Part shown: in pieces, positions 27,618 to 38,001 of the stretch
How positions within the stretch are numbered: the stretch's first letter is position 1
Layout: each line of letters begins with the position of its first letter
Notes under the pieces: generated by a model
What the model saw: the letters and a program-made list of their open reading frames with translations, nothing else
Database searches by the model: none
What the model was told of the DNA's origin: nothing
Source: a virus
Taxonomy: Duplodnaviria > Caudoviricetes
Strand: one strand, 5' to 3'
Virus record (IMG/VR): IMGVR_UViG_3300035101_000015
Coordinates: 64,001-128,000 of that record
DNA length: 64,000 bases
Program-made: the position numbers and the translations under genes

Positions 27618-29683
27618 ACCGGCGCTGCCTCTCTACGTGGTGGGCGCTGCTCTGGCAGCGGGCGCATATCCACCTGCGGGCCACCTCCACCCTGCTGTAG
27701 GTGGCTGAGCATCTGCGCAACGAGCTGAGCGAGCTCGGGGGACTGAGCCTCGAGTGCCTCCAGCGCCATCTGCTGCTGGTCGGGCGGGAGCTGGGAAATC
27801 TGCTGAGCGTAGCCCTGGGCCATAGCCAGCGGGTCGCCACCCATCTGACCATCCTCGAGGCGGTTGCCCATACCGAGCTGGCTCTGTGCCTCCTGGCCGA
27901 GCGCGCTCAGGGGTCCCCCGCCGGGCATGCCTGCCACGGGCTGTGGCGCCGGACCCATCGGTACACCGCCCTGCGCTGGAGGCATGGCCCCAGCGGCATT
28001 GAGCGGGCCGGGTGGCGGCTGGGCGCCCATCTGCGCAGCCATGGCAGGGTCCATCGCCCCTTCTGGACCACCAGGTTCACCTGGGGCTGGAGCACCTTGC
28101 TCGGACATCATCCCAGCCTGCGCTTCGGCCTGGTACTTCATCATGACCTTCTGTGCCTCTCCCTGCACTTCGGCCATGGCTAGCTGCTGCTTGCGCGTCG
28201 ACTGCAGCCGCTTGTCGATTTCTCGCATCATGATTTCGTCCTCGTCTTCCTGACTGAGGTCAGCGTCTGCGAGGAGGGTGGTGTCCGAAATCTTCTGTGC
28301 CTGGTTGAGCTGGAAGAGGTACGCCTTGCGCTGGATGTCGTCGGCCATCTTGAAAGGCTTGAAGCGGATGTTCGCCTCCGGCCAATCGAGGTAGTTGGCA
28401 ATCATCTTCATGACCCAGTTGGCCATGAGCTTCTGTCGCAGGACGTAGCCGATGAACGCATTCTCGAGCATGCGCATCGAGACGTTGGTGCCGGCGTAGC
28501 TCATCCCGCCCTGGAGGAACTCGCGCGGCACGCCCATACCCATGATGAGCTGCTCGGAGTGCATCTGCATCTCCTGGAAGAGCAGCAGGGCCTTGCCATC
28601 ACCACCGATGCTCTGGTTGCCCAGTGGCAGTGGCATGATGGGGATGTAGTTGTGGTCGTAGCGCCAGCGCGCAATCTCCGCAGCGACCTGTTCCTTCCAC
28701 TGCGTGAGGTTGATGGTGCTGAAGGGGTCGGTGGTCCCACTCGCCGCCTGCGGGAACAGCACGCGCAGCGGGACGATGTGCTCGAGCAGGATGGCCTCTT
28801 GGGCCTTCTTCATGAGCTGCAGGTAGAACGCGTCCTTGAGCACCGGCAGGATGAGCGGGATGCCCCAGCCTCGGTCCTGCCACGCCAGCGTCGGGCGCTT
28901 CAGGTGGAAGAAGTTGTCCTTGCTGAAGACGATGCCCTTCTGCTGACGTAGGGCCTGGATGAAGATTTGAGGGATGCCCTCGACCACATCCTTCTTGCCG
29001 ATGACGATGTCGCTGCGAAGGGGCCCGGGGATGTTGTAGAAGTAGGTACTCTCACCAGTGATGTCGTTGTAGGTGATTTCGATGTCTTCGACGTTCCACC
29101 GGACGAGACGGATGCCGGACGCGTTCTTGTAGTACACGTCCTTGACTTCAGCTTCCTCGATGTTCCCGCAGCTCGGGCAGTTCAACCGGAAGCCGTAGTT
29201 GGTGAACGTCCAGAACTGACGCACCTTGCTGGCACGCTCGGTCCACCCACACTGACGGCAGGAGATGTACTTCTGGAACGGGAAACTGATGCTGACCGGG
29301 CAGTTGCCGTAGCAGCCATAGTCCAGACCCGCCTCCACCTGGAAGGAGCGGAAGAGAAGGTGGTCATGGTAGTACTCCTCCCACCGACGCTTCACCTCGC
29401 CACTGTCGTGGTCGACGATGATGTCCGTGATGGGATACTCCGCCAGTTTGAAGACCGTGGCGTTGATGAGCGGGTTGGTGAGGAAGTAGTAGCGGCAGTA
29501 CTTGAACAGCTCCTTGACCGTCGTCGGCAAGTACGTGTGTGCAATGTCGAAGAACGGGTTGGGGTAGTTCACCCCGTTCAACATGCTGCCCTGGATGCGC
29601 CCACGCGTTACGCCAGCGCCACCCCGGCCTGGCCCCATCGGAGAGGTGCCGAAGTTGAAACTGCAGACGCCTGGAAACGTCAT
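27614..29683 (-). CDS. Portal protein
   Basis: NPLINATVFKLAEYPI, HLKRPTL...GWGIPLI, MGVPREF; low-complexity Q/P/G tail. Confidence 0.75.
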   Translation of the reverse strand: MTFPGVCSFNFGTSPMGPGRGGAGVTRGRIQGSMLNGVNYPNPFFDIAHTYLPTTVKELFKYCRYYFLTNPLINATVFKLAEYPITDIIVDHDSGEVKRRWEEYYHDHLLFRSFQVEAGLDYGCYGNCPVSISFPFQKYISCRQCGWTERASKVRQFWTFTNYGFRLNCPSCGNIEEAEVKDVYYKNASGIRLVRWNVEDIEITYNDITGESTYFYNIPGPLRSDIVIGKKDVVEGIPQIFIQALRQQKGIVFSKDNFFHLKRPTLAWQDRGWGIPLILPVLKDAFYLQLMKKAQEAILLEHIVPLRVLFPQAASGTTDPFSTINLTQWKEQVAAEIARWRYDHNYIPIMPLPLGNQSIGGDGKALLLFQEMQMHSEQLIMGMGVPREFLQGGMSYAGTNVSMRMLENAFIGYVLRQKLMANWVMKMIANYLDWPEANIRFKPFKMADDIQRKAYLFQLNQAQKISDTTLLADADLSQEDEDEIMMREIDKRLQSTRKQQLAMAEVQGEAQKVMMKYQAEAQAGMMSEQGAPAPGEPGGPEGAMDPAMAAQMGAQPPPGPLNAAGAMPPAQGGVPMGPAPQPVAGMPGGGPLSALGQEAQSQLGMGNRLEDGQMGGDPLAMAQGYAQQISQLPPDQQQMALEALEAQSPELAQLVAQMLSHLQQGGGGPQVDMRPLPEQRPPRREAAPV

Positions 29684-30717
29684 CCGCCGAACCCTTCTGG
29701 AAGCCTACCCTGAACCGAGGGTGATTCGATACGCTCCGCTGGCGCCGCCTGACCCTCAGCCTCCTCAGGGTATGGTGGCGGCTCCGCCGGGCGCTTCCGC
29801 CTGAGCAGCCTGCCCACCGCCTTGCCTCCCGCCGACAGGCCGGTGCCCAGCAACGTGGCGCCGGCGAGCGGCATGGCGGTCAGCGTGTAGGGGGCCATGT
29901 CCACGAAGCTCTGCGCCGCCCGCGCGCCCCGGCTGGACTCGCCAGGCTGACTCTTCCGAGCCGCCTCGGCCGCCATGAACCCAGCGGGCATGCCGAACGT
30001 CATTAGCTTGCCACCCACGGAAGGGGAGCCATGCCACTGCTGCCCGAGGGTGGCCTTCATCCCTTCGATGCCCTTACCAGTAGCCATGGTGCGGAAGAAG
30101 CCAGGGACGCTGGTCATCCCGAGCTCTTCCGCCTTTCGGGCGTGCTGTTCAGCCTTGCGCAGGGACTGCCGCTGGGCCATCAGCTTCTTCCTGGCCGGCC
30201 CCTTGGCCGTCCTAAGAGACTTGCCCGTCTCCGACAGGCGCTTGCTGATGTCTGCGCCCCCGGCGCCTATGGAGCGCACGGCGGCGCTGCGGGAGCGGAA
30301 GCCGCCCGGGAGCGCCCCTGTGACGCCATGGACCTGACGCTGGCCGAAGCGACTGATGGCGCCCAGAGCGCCCTCTCGCTTGGCCATCTGGCGGGCGTGC
30401 TGAATGCCTCGCTTGCCGGCCAGCATGCCACCCGCGCCACCGGCAGCGGCGCCCAGACCACCGCCCAGGGCCGCACCGCGCATCCCGCCGGCGAGGGCGC
30501 CCGCCAGACCAGAGCCACCCTGCTCCTTGGCCTGCCGATAGCCTTTGACTCCCCCGGCAAGGGCGCCCAGCCCAGCGCCGGCGGTGCCGCCCAGAGCAGC
30601 GGTAGAACCCCCAGCCAGCGCTCTCTGACCCAGTCGTTGCAGAATCCCAGCAGGGGCTCCCACCTTCTCGAGCTCGTCGTTGAACGCGAGCATCATGACT
30701 TCCTTGGGGTCAGACAT
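29680..30717 (-). CDS. Basic Gly/Ala-rich virion protein
   Basis: FNDELEKVG leader followed by glycine-zipper segments. Confidence 0.6.
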   Translation of the reverse strand: MSDPKEVMMLAFNDELEKVGAPAGILQRLGQRALAGGSTAALGGTAGAGLGALAGGVKGYRQAKEQGGSGLAGALAGGMRGAALGGGLGAAAGGAGGMLAGKRGIQHARQMAKREGALGAISRFGQRQVHGVTGALPGGFRSRSAAVRSIGAGGADISKRLSETGKSLRTAKGPARKKLMAQRQSLRKAEQHARKAEELGMTSVPGFFRTMATGKGIEGMKATLGQQWHGSPSVGGKLMTFGMPAGFMAAEAARKSQPGESSRGARAAQSFVDMAPYTLTAMPLAGATLLGTGLSAGGKAVGRLLRRKRPAEPPPYPEEAEGQAAPAERIESPSVQGRLPEGFGG

Positions 30718-31549
30718 GCGTCGTCAGCGGTAGCTGCGCCCGCAGCGCGGCTCGGCTCTCCTCGAGGTATTCTCGCACATCCAGCATGCGTCTGAGCTGC
30801 TCATCAGTGACGGTATCGCCGGTGGGTGCCTTGCCGCTCTTCCGCACCTCCGGCCAGAGCTCTTTGACCTCTTCACAGTCGACTGGGTAGTCCTCAACGT
30901 CATCCATCGTCACCCACTCGAGTGGCTCGATGGGGCAGAACGTCCCATTGAACATGTGGACCTGCTCAAGGAAGTCGTTGAGCTCCTCACTGAACTCCAC
31001 GTCCTGTCGTACCCGGTTGGCTACATCCACCGCCACCATCGCTTGCGCCACCGTGGGCACCTGCATCACCTCGAAGTCCGGGGGCACGCCGTTGAACGCC
31101 ATGCAGCACCAGACGAACACCTCCCACTCCTCCCAGAAGTTGTCGTTGAAGTGCAGCGTCTTGAGGGCCTGCACCTTGTGCATGTTGGCATCACTGATGT
31201 TCTGGCCACCAAAGTCCTGAGGAATGCGCCACTCGAGCGTCTCGGGCTCCCACGTCATCCACTCCGGGCCGTACTCCCGAAGCAGAATGAGGTCCAGCAT
31301 GATGGGGTGAGTATCGGGGTGCTGGAAGATGTTCTTGGCTGTGACGGGGCTCGGCTTCTCATCCGGTGCAGGCACGCCCACCGACTCGTCCGTGACCCCC
31401 TGTGTGGTCTCATCGAGGTCCGTGATGTTGTCCTCACGGGCCGTGACCGTCTCGTTGTCCTCCACCGACTCCGCAGCGAGCTTGCTGAGCCCCAAGCTCG
31501 TGGCAGCGCGTTTGAAGCGCTCCCCGAAGTCGACGGACGGCAGAGTCAT
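30710..31549 (-). CDS. Hypothetical protein
   Basis: 279-aa ORF, translationally coupled. Confidence 0.7.
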   Translation of the reverse strand: MTLPSVDFGERFKRAATSLGLSKLAAESVEDNETVTAREDNITDLDETTQGVTDESVGVPAPDEKPSPVTAKNIFQHPDTHPIMLDLILLREYGPEWMTWEPETLEWRIPQDFGGQNISDANMHKVQALKTLHFNDNFWEEWEVFVWCCMAFNGVPPDFEVMQVPTVAQAMVAVDVANRVRQDVEFSEELNDFLEQVHMFNGTFCPIEPLEWVTMDDVEDYPVDCEEVKELWPEVRKSGKAPTGDTVTDEQLRRMLDVREYLEESRAALRAQLPLTTHV

Positions 31550-32577
31550 GCGCTCTGCTCAGCCTGTTGCACCGGTGAGTCGTCGTTGTTCGCCATCCGC
31601 ATGATGACCAGCCTCTGGTCACGCGGCAGGCTGTTGAAGATGGCCTGTGGGTCCTTGGACATCTCTTCCGCCACCTCAGCTCCGAAGCGCTGCTTGAGCG
31701 TCGAGACGTTGTTCGCCAGGTACTCGGTCAGTCGACGGCGAGTGATGTACTCATTTCCGATGACGATGGCTGCTTGTGGGTCTTCCTTGTTCCCTTGTGC
31801 TGCAGTCTTGCCGAAGGTGGTGTAGTACGCGTCCGGGATGTCGCCGTAGTGCTGCTGCAGGCATGCCGCCTTGTCGAACTCCTGCAGGGCGAGAGCCCAG
31901 TCCTCTGGAGGCATGGCAGCCCTGCACTCAGCCAGCTTGCTGAGCACCGCCTTGTGGCCCTCATCCAGGATGTTCGACTGGCGAGCCTCGAGGCAGACCT
32001 GGATGTCGGACTCAGGGGCGTAGGTCACCGACCCGTACTTCTCGATGAGTGGGTCGGTGTAGATGTCCAGGGCACTGGCCCGCTTCACCAGATTCCCACA
32101 GTAGGTGTGACGGTCCGCCGGCTGCATGAACTTCCAGGTGTCCATGAAGTAGCGGGCCGCTTCCTTGACCTGCAGGTAGTTGTCCAGCGGGTACATCTCT
32201 CGCTCGGGAAGCGCGTAGTGCTGGGCCTTCTTCTCCTGCACCACCTTCGGCGGCTCATGGCTGGTGACATCGACATGAGGCTGAAGAGCACCCATTTGCG
32301 GCAGCTTCGGCGGCTGCTCTCCCGCAACGGGGTTCTCCTCCTCATCCATGATGGCCCTGTGGAATGCGTCGATGGATGAGTCACCCTGGGACTCCTGCTT
32401 CACGGCAGAAGCCGTCTTCGGGATGACGAACTTCTCGCGCTTCTTCGGGTCGTTGTCCTTGCTGGGCACGCTCTGAGACGTCATGTCGTACGTCTCGGCG
32501 AGCTCGGCTCCCTTCTCGAGCACGTCCCCACCGATGCGCTTCCAGAGTTGAATCTTGTGTACCCGTTCCATCTTCAC
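31546..32577 (-). CDS. Hypothetical head-associated protein
   Basis: 343 aa; YALPEREMYPLD...AARYF segment resembles a segment of the upstream gene. Confidence 0.65.
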   Translation of the reverse strand: MKMERVHKIQLWKRIGGDVLEKGAELAETYDMTSQSVPSKDNDPKKREKFVIPKTASAVKQESQGDSSIDAFHRAIMDEEENPVAGEQPPKLPQMGALQPHVDVTSHEPPKVVQEKKAQHYALPEREMYPLDNYLQVKEAARYFMDTWKFMQPADRHTYCGNLVKRASALDIYTDPLIEKYGSVTYAPESDIQVCLEARQSNILDEGHKAVLSKLAECRAAMPPEDWALALQEFDKAACLQQHYGDIPDAYYTTFGKTAAQGNKEDPQAAIVIGNEYITRRRLTEYLANNVSTLKQRFGAEVAEEMSKDPQAIFNSLPRDQRLVIMRMANNDDSPVQQAEQSA

Positions 32578-33095
32578 CCCGTGCCAGTCACCGGCGGCTT
32601 CCCGCCGAGGACGTTCGGATTCACCATGCTACCAGACTGACGTGCCTGGGCGAGGTTTCGCTGGATGCCCGCCTTCGTGCTCTTGACGGCTTCCGGTCCG
32701 ACCAAGGCCAAGTGTGCAGCACGAGCCAGCCCCAGAGCAATCTTCTCCAGCTCCTCCGGGGGCTCGATGCCATACCACCCACATGCCTTGACGAGGTTGG
32801 CTGCCGCAGTCTTCTGCGCCACCACGGGCAGCTTGTCTGCGGTCTTCATGAAGTACTCGACGCTGAGTGCGGTGTTGCCAGCATCACTGCAGGCGAACTT
32901 GCGGAGCTCCACGTCTCCATCCTGCAACACCAACGCGTACAGGTCGTCGGGCAGCTCGGCCCGTCGCTCTGGTGGTAGATGCTCAGCGTTCTTGATGAGG
33001 TCGGGTACGGACTCTTGGGTCGGGAAGATGGAACGAAGAACCGCCCCGTTGTAGTCGTCGCCGGCGTCGATGACCAGGCCGCTGAGCTTCTCCAT
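32574..33095 (-). CDS. Hypothetical head-associated protein
   Basis: GGAGG RBS before the ATG at 33095; LPDDLYAL...RKFA...EYF. Confidence 0.65.
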   Translation of the reverse strand: MEKLSGLVIDAGDDYNGAVLRSIFPTQESVPDLIKNAEHLPPERRAELPDDLYALVLQDGDVELRKFACSDAGNTALSVEYFMKTADKLPVVAQKTAAANLVKACGWYGIEPPEELEKIALGLARAAHLALVGPEAVKSTKAGIQRNLAQARQSGSMVNPNVLGGKPPVTGTG

Positions 33096-33109
33096 GGGTC
33101 CTCCAGGGG

Positions 33110-33163
33110 AGCGTAATCGCGCAGAACTGCACTTGCAAGAGTACATCGGGGCCCGGGGATAAG
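33110..33163. promoter_or_regulatory. Divergent promoters sharing a CTTGCAAG palindrome
   Basis: Plus strand TGCAAG-N18-GATAAG (33134-33163); minus strand TTGCAA-N17-TACGCT (33138-33110). Confidence 0.55.
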
Positions 33164-33202
33164 GGAATCGGACAAGAGGCCATAGTAGCCATAGGAGGAC
33201 GA

Positions 33203-33814
33203 ATGAGTCAGAACGGACAACCCGGCTGTTTCGGGGTGCAGTGGGACGCCAACGCAGTCGAATGTCGTGGGGGCCTCGACCCCAACTACGCCCACCCGCA
33301 GAACGGGGGCAACCGCCGGGAGATGTGTCGGTGGTACTCCCAGTGTTCTGCAGCGACGAATCACCAGCGCCTCCAGAGCGCTGCGAAGGTGGTGCCTCCA
33401 CCACCGCCAGTACAATCGCCACTGCTCTCTCAGCAGTCTCTGGTGAGGCCACCTGCACCGAGCGTGGTTGCCCCACCAGCACCGATGACCGCCATCGTGC
33501 CCCAGGCGCAGGCGCAACCCCAGCAGCCGAGGGTGATTCATGGACCGCCACCGGCACAGCAGATTGCCTACGTTGGCAATCAACCCTACACGCAGCCAAT
33601 CCATGCTGCTATGCCGACCATGGTTCCGATGAACCAGACGATGCAGGGCGCCCAGACCAACAGTTTCCTGATGGTGCCCGAGCCAGAGGACGAGGAAGTC
33701 CCCTGGTCCGCCAGGCTCTGGCGGAACACCTACCGCGCGATGGGCAAGGCCGCGTTCATGACGTTGGCCAACTTCATAGACTTCAACCCGATTGGAAGAC
33801 ACCGCCAAGACTAA
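33203..33814 (+). CDS. Hypothetical protein (N-terminal Cys cluster, Pro/Gln-rich)
   Basis: AGGAGG RBS; four N-terminal Cys residues. Confidence 0.7.
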   Translation: MSQNGQPGCFGVQWDANAVECRGGLDPNYAHPQNGGNRREMCRWYSQCSAATNHQRLQSAAKVVPPPPPVQSPLLSQQSLVRPPAPSVVAPPAPMTAIVPQAQAQPQQPRVIHGPPPAQQIAYVGNQPYTQPIHAAMPTMVPMNQTMQGAQTNSFLMVPEPEDEEVPWSARLWRNTYRAMGKAAFMTLANFIDFNPIGRHRQD

Positions 33815-33832
33815 CGGTGGTACAACCCGCAC

Positions 33833-35602
33833 ATGTACGTTGTGAAGCGTGACCCCAACAAGGGGTACATCGACACATGGCTCTGGGTGCCTCGCAGCTA
33901 CATCAACGTCGATGGCACCAAGCAGAGCTTGACCCATGTCTTCACCGACAGGGGAGGAGGCATGAAGGTCATCGAGCTGTTCCAGGAGGCTCCGTACCAC
34001 TTGCTGGTACCACGAGCCTTCTGGACCCCGGCCGAGCTCCCGTTCGAGGTGGTGGACTGTCGTCCGCTCAACTACGAGCAGGTGAACTTCGCCTCACGCA
34101 TCAAGCTGGACCACCGGCTGCAGGAGAACCTGAAGGGAGCACATGAGTTGCTACCTACGGGTGATGACGTCCAACGCAAGTCGCTCAACGCCATGCAGAT
34201 GGCGATGGGCGGAGTGCTGCAGCTCGCGTGTGGCAAGGGCAAGACTCCGGTCGCCCTTCGCCACATTGCAGACGCTCAGATGCCCGCACTGGTGATGGTG
34301 GACAACACCCAGCTACTCGAGCAGTGGCAGAAGGAAATTGACCAGTTCCTCATCGTACCGGGAGGCATTGGCATTATTGCCGAGGGGAAGAAGGACTGGA
34401 AGAAGGGTCTCGTACTCGGGACCTACATCTCCGTCGCCAACTGGGCGGAGAGCATGCCTGAAGAGGTGCGCCGATTCTACGGCAACGTCTACTGGGACGA
34501 GGGACATCACCTCAGCGCGCCCGTGTTCTCGAAAACTGCCCCTCTATTCTACGGGCAGCGGTACTGCCTGACTGCGACTCCCGAGCGCGTGGATGGCTAC
34601 CACATCATTGCCGACCTACACGTCGGCGAAATCCTGCACAAGGACCTCACGCAGCCACTGAAGGCACGGTTCATCTTCTACTGGACCGGGCTAGAGCTGG
34701 ACCTGACGGACCCACAGTGTGATGTGCTCGACAAGAACAGGGAGATTCACTCGTCGAAGGTGTTCAAGTACTTCGGCAGGTGGAGACAACGGCTCTGGAT
34801 GATTGTCCAGGACTGCATCGATGCCGTACAGTTTGGACGCAAGGTGCTGGTCGTAGGCTCGAGCATTGACGAGGTGGTCAACCTCATGGCCATCTGGACG
34901 CGTGGGGCGTACACCGACCTCATCACCGACATACCCTACCCCCAACCCCACGAGGTCGGTGAGACCCTGACACCGCTGCCATTGAAACCAGCGGAGGGCA
35001 AACGGCTCGAGGTGAACCTGGAGAAGCAGAGGAAGAAAGTGGCCGCTGGGAATCTCTCTGCACTGCAGCAGCAGGAGGCAGAGGGTCGACTGGCTTCCAT
35101 CGAGCTCGACTGGCAGAAGTACCAGGTCCACAAGAAGTGTGAGAACCTCAACGATAGACGAAGGCAGAAGTTCATCGATGAGCTAACTGCCGAGAACAGC
35201 ACCGCTGGGTTCATGACCTACGGCGTTCCCGCCAAGACCCGACAGGAGTTCGTGCGAACCAGGGATGTGACTTTCGCCATCATGAAGTACGGGAAGGAGG
35301 GGCTCGACGCCCCTCACCTCGACACCATCTTGGTGAGCACTCCATTCTCCCAGAAGGGAGGGCTGCAGCAGCTCATGGGGCGCATCACCGGCCGGCCCAT
35401 GCCGGGCAAGAAGAAGTGCATCGTGGCGTTCTACCGGGACAACATCGGTGCCATGCACGGAATGTGCGACAAGCTGGAAGGACACCTTCGACAGTGGCCC
35501 ATCGATGAGGGTGGGCCTCTCGACTTTGAACACGTCAACAACCCGAAGAGGATACGGTGGCAGAAAGCATCAAGTTTGAAGGACGCCTTTGGGCAGTCGT
35601 GA
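33833..35602 (+). CDS. Superfamily 2 helicase
   Basis: LACGKGKT, WDEGHH, LTATP, EGLDAP, QQLMGR. Confidence 0.9.
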   Translation: MYVVKRDPNKGYIDTWLWVPRSYINVDGTKQSLTHVFTDRGGGMKVIELFQEAPYHLLVPRAFWTPAELPFEVVDCRPLNYEQVNFASRIKLDHRLQENLKGAHELLPTGDDVQRKSLNAMQMAMGGVLQLACGKGKTPVALRHIADAQMPALVMVDNTQLLEQWQKEIDQFLIVPGGIGIIAEGKKDWKKGLVLGTYISVANWAESMPEEVRRFYGNVYWDEGHHLSAPVFSKTAPLFYGQRYCLTATPERVDGYHIIADLHVGEILHKDLTQPLKARFIFYWTGLELDLTDPQCDVLDKNREIHSSKVFKYFGRWRQRLWMIVQDCIDAVQFGRKVLVVGSSIDEVVNLMAIWTRGAYTDLITDIPYPQPHEVGETLTPLPLKPAEGKRLEVNLEKQRKKVAAGNLSALQQQEAEGRLASIELDWQKYQVHKKCENLNDRRRQKFIDELTAENSTAGFMTYGVPAKTRQEFVRTRDVTFAIMKYGKEGLDAPHLDTILVSTPFSQKGGLQQLMGRITGRPMPGKKKCIVAFYRDNIGAMHGMCDKLEGHLRQWPIDEGGPLDFEHVNNPKRIRWQKASSLKDAFGQS

Positions 35603-35991
35603 CGGCAGCGAGTGGCCGTCGATTCATCGGTGAGGTGGTGACCGTCACGGAGGATGAGGAGTCGGAGGTCATCAAGTTCATGCGACTCGACCCCGCCTAC
35701 GAAATCACCACCCTCATGAGGCCAGTGCCTACAGGGCCGAGGCCAGACGAGATGGCCATCCAGCGCCAGACGTTGGTGTTCCCAGTGGATGCTTGTGCGT
35801 ACGACTGCTCCGTGCAGTTGTCGTATCCGTCCGAGGTTCACTTCGCTGACGACTTTCACGAGAACGACAGACGGATGTTCATCGACCAGATTCGCATGGT
35901 GCGAGCACAAATGGTCGAGGGTCGGGGACAAAAGCTGGGGCTGGCAAAACCGCCACCCGGCTTCGACCCAACCAAGTTCAAAGGAAGCTGA
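35557..35991 (+). CDS. Hypothetical protein
   Basis: 144-aa ORF; GAGGA RBS with GTG start. Confidence 0.6.
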   Translation: MAESIKFEGRLWAVVTAASGRRFIGEVVTVTEDEESEVIKFMRLDPAYEITTLMRPVPTGPRPDEMAIQRQTLVFPVDACAYDCSVQLSYPSEVHFADDFHENDRRMFIDQIRMVRAQMVEGRGQKLGLAKPPPGFDPTKFKGS

Positions 35992-35995
35992 CTCG

Positions 35996-36811
35996 ATGGT
36001 AGCTCCTGACTACAACAAGACGCTGCCCGTGCTGCAGCAGCAGTGGTCACGGTGCCAGAACTGCGAGCTCGGGCAGCGACGAGTGAAGGTCGGCGGACAG
36101 TTCGTGTTCGGCGAGGGCACCCCCGGTGGCATTCTGTTCATCGGGGAGGGACCCGGCAAGGATGAGGAGAAGGAGGGCCGCCCGTTCATCGGAAAGAGCG
36201 GGCAGGTCCTCCGAGACGTGCTGGGTCAGCTCGGTCTAACGGATGTCTCCTACATCACTAACACCGTATGCTGCAGGAGCTGTGCCCAGCAGTTCAGTAG
36301 GGAAGGACAACCGCAGACGTACGACGATGGTCAACCACGAATCGCAGACCAGCCACCGACGACGTTGCAGGTGCATGCCTGCTCACCTCGCCTGTACGAA
36401 GAAATCTACCTGGTCGACCCAGTACTCATCGTGACACTGGGAGGTGGTGCAGCGGAGGCCATGCTGCATCGTGCTGTGACCATCACATCGGAGTGCGGGA
36501 ACGCATACGTCGTGAAGATTCCTGGGGCGGCCACCGTCCCCCAGCTTACAGAGAAGAGGCAGCAGTGGCTGCGCAAGGTGAAGAAGCAGTGGGTAATGCC
36601 CACCGCACAGAACTACGTCGAGTACCACTGCGTGCTCAACCTTCACCCAGCCTACGTGCTGCGCAACCTGAAGGACGAGAGACCTGGCAACCCAGCAGAA
36701 AGGTTCTTCGAGACCATGAAGCTGGTGAAGAAGGTGTACCTCAAGTACCTGCGAGAAGTTTTCGGACAAGCACAACAAGACGAGACCGTCTATACGGAGG
36801 AGCATGGCTAG
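35996..36811 (+). CDS. Uracil-DNA glycosylase, family 4-like
   Basis: CQNC, GEGPGKDE, GRPFIGKSG, HPAY. Confidence 0.85.
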   Translation: MVAPDYNKTLPVLQQQWSRCQNCELGQRRVKVGGQFVFGEGTPGGILFIGEGPGKDEEKEGRPFIGKSGQVLRDVLGQLGLTDVSYITNTVCCRSCAQQFSREGQPQTYDDGQPRIADQPPTTLQVHACSPRLYEEIYLVDPVLIVTLGGGAAEAMLHRAVTITSECGNAYVVKIPGAATVPQLTEKRQQWLRKVKKQWVMPTAQNYVEYHCVLNLHPAYVLRNLKDERPGNPAERFFETMKLVKKVYLKYLREVFGQAQQDETVYTEEHG

Positions 36812-37241
36812 GCACAACGAGGTCCCCATCAACAGCGTCCCGGAGGTCGCTGCGTTGGAACAGACCAAAGCACGCATGAGAAAGTTCATGGAGGACAACT
36901 CCCAGTTCTTCGAGTGGTGGACCGAGCTCGTGGAGGAGTACAACGACCGTCTGCAGGCAGCAGAGAAGGCAGTGAGAGCCCGCCAGGTCAGTTGTGGCGA
37001 GCTCGAGCTCGGCTCGTACCAGACGAGGTACGACTGGGAGTACATGTACGAGCGCTACGGGCGCGAGGGTTTCCTCGAGCGCGGTGGCAAGCTCAACACC
37101 GTCGTCGTCAAGGACGGTGACAAGAAGCGGGTCGACATGCAGATTGACTCTGGGAAGATTCCTGCCGAGGACGCCCAGCACATCCGAAAGAAGGGACCCA
37201 AGTTCACCATCCCCAAGCCCATCGGGATGCCATCGCTATGA
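36804..37241 (+). CDS. Hypothetical protein
   Basis: GGAGG RBS; coupled ORF. Confidence 0.7.
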   Translation: MARHNEVPINSVPEVAALEQTKARMRKFMEDNSQFFEWWTELVEEYNDRLQAAEKAVRARQVSCGELELGSYQTRYDWEYMYERYGREGFLERGGKLNTVVVKDGDKKRVDMQIDSGKIPAEDAQHIRKKGPKFTIPKPIGMPSL

Positions 37242-37549
37242 ACTGGGCTGGGACGCTGGAGAAGTACGGTTGGCGGGCGGACGAGGTCGGCAACGAGCCC
37301 TTCCACCCGCTGGCGCTCCAAGCACAGCAGGCGCGTGCCAACGGTCAATCCGTGGCGCGCATCAGCACTACCGTGGGAACCTCTGAGGGATATGGCGACA
37401 TCAAGGTGAGCTTCACCGTCAGCGTCGACTGTGTCCAGGCCGAGGCCACCATGAACCTGGCAGGCGAGGCTGCCTTCCTGAAGGCTGTCGAGCTGGTGAA
37501 CGATAGTGCTCGCTTCCTCGGCATGACCGAGTTGGTGCAGAAACGATGA
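37238..37549 (+). CDS. Hypothetical protein
   Basis: ATGA-coupled ORF. Confidence 0.65.
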   Translation: MNWAGTLEKYGWRADEVGNEPFHPLALQAQQARANGQSVARISTTVGTSEGYGDIKVSFTVSVDCVQAEATMNLAGEAAFLKAVELVNDSARFLGMTELVQKR

Positions 37550-37902
37550 GCGTCAAGGGAACGCTTCGTGGTTCTGAGCTGGTCCTCGGTCGACTGACCG
37601 TGGACTGGCTCACGCAGCCATCGCTCACCATCACCGCACTCGCTGCCATCGTCGACTCGACGACTGGAGCGACGCACGCGTGGCTGGATGGCAGACAAGT
37701 AGCGTGGTCTTCGCACACGGCTAAGGCACTGGAGGCTCTTCGCAAGAGTGTCGAGTCCGACATGGCAGCGGTTCACCTCATTGGTGGTGGTGCTACCGGG
37801 CCAGTGGACGAGAGAGGACTCGAGGCGTCGGAGGGTGGTCTGAGCGAGCACCTGGGTACCGCCTCCGACAACTCGGATGAGGGAGGCACGCCTTCCATCT
37901 AG
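37546..37902 (+). CDS. Hypothetical protein
   Basis: ATGA-coupled ORF. Confidence 0.65.
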   Translation: MSVKGTLRGSELVLGRLTVDWLTQPSLTITALAAIVDSTTGATHAWLDGRQVAWSSHTAKALEALRKSVESDMAAVHLIGGGATGPVDERGLEASEGGLSEHLGTASDNSDEGGTPSI

Positions 37903-38001
37903 CCCTAGATGTTGGGGTGCAAAAGCCAATCGCCCCAACACCTTGTGGCGCACACGAAAAGCGTTGACCGGCCCACGGTAACCCGTACCGTGGTCAGTCC
38001 G

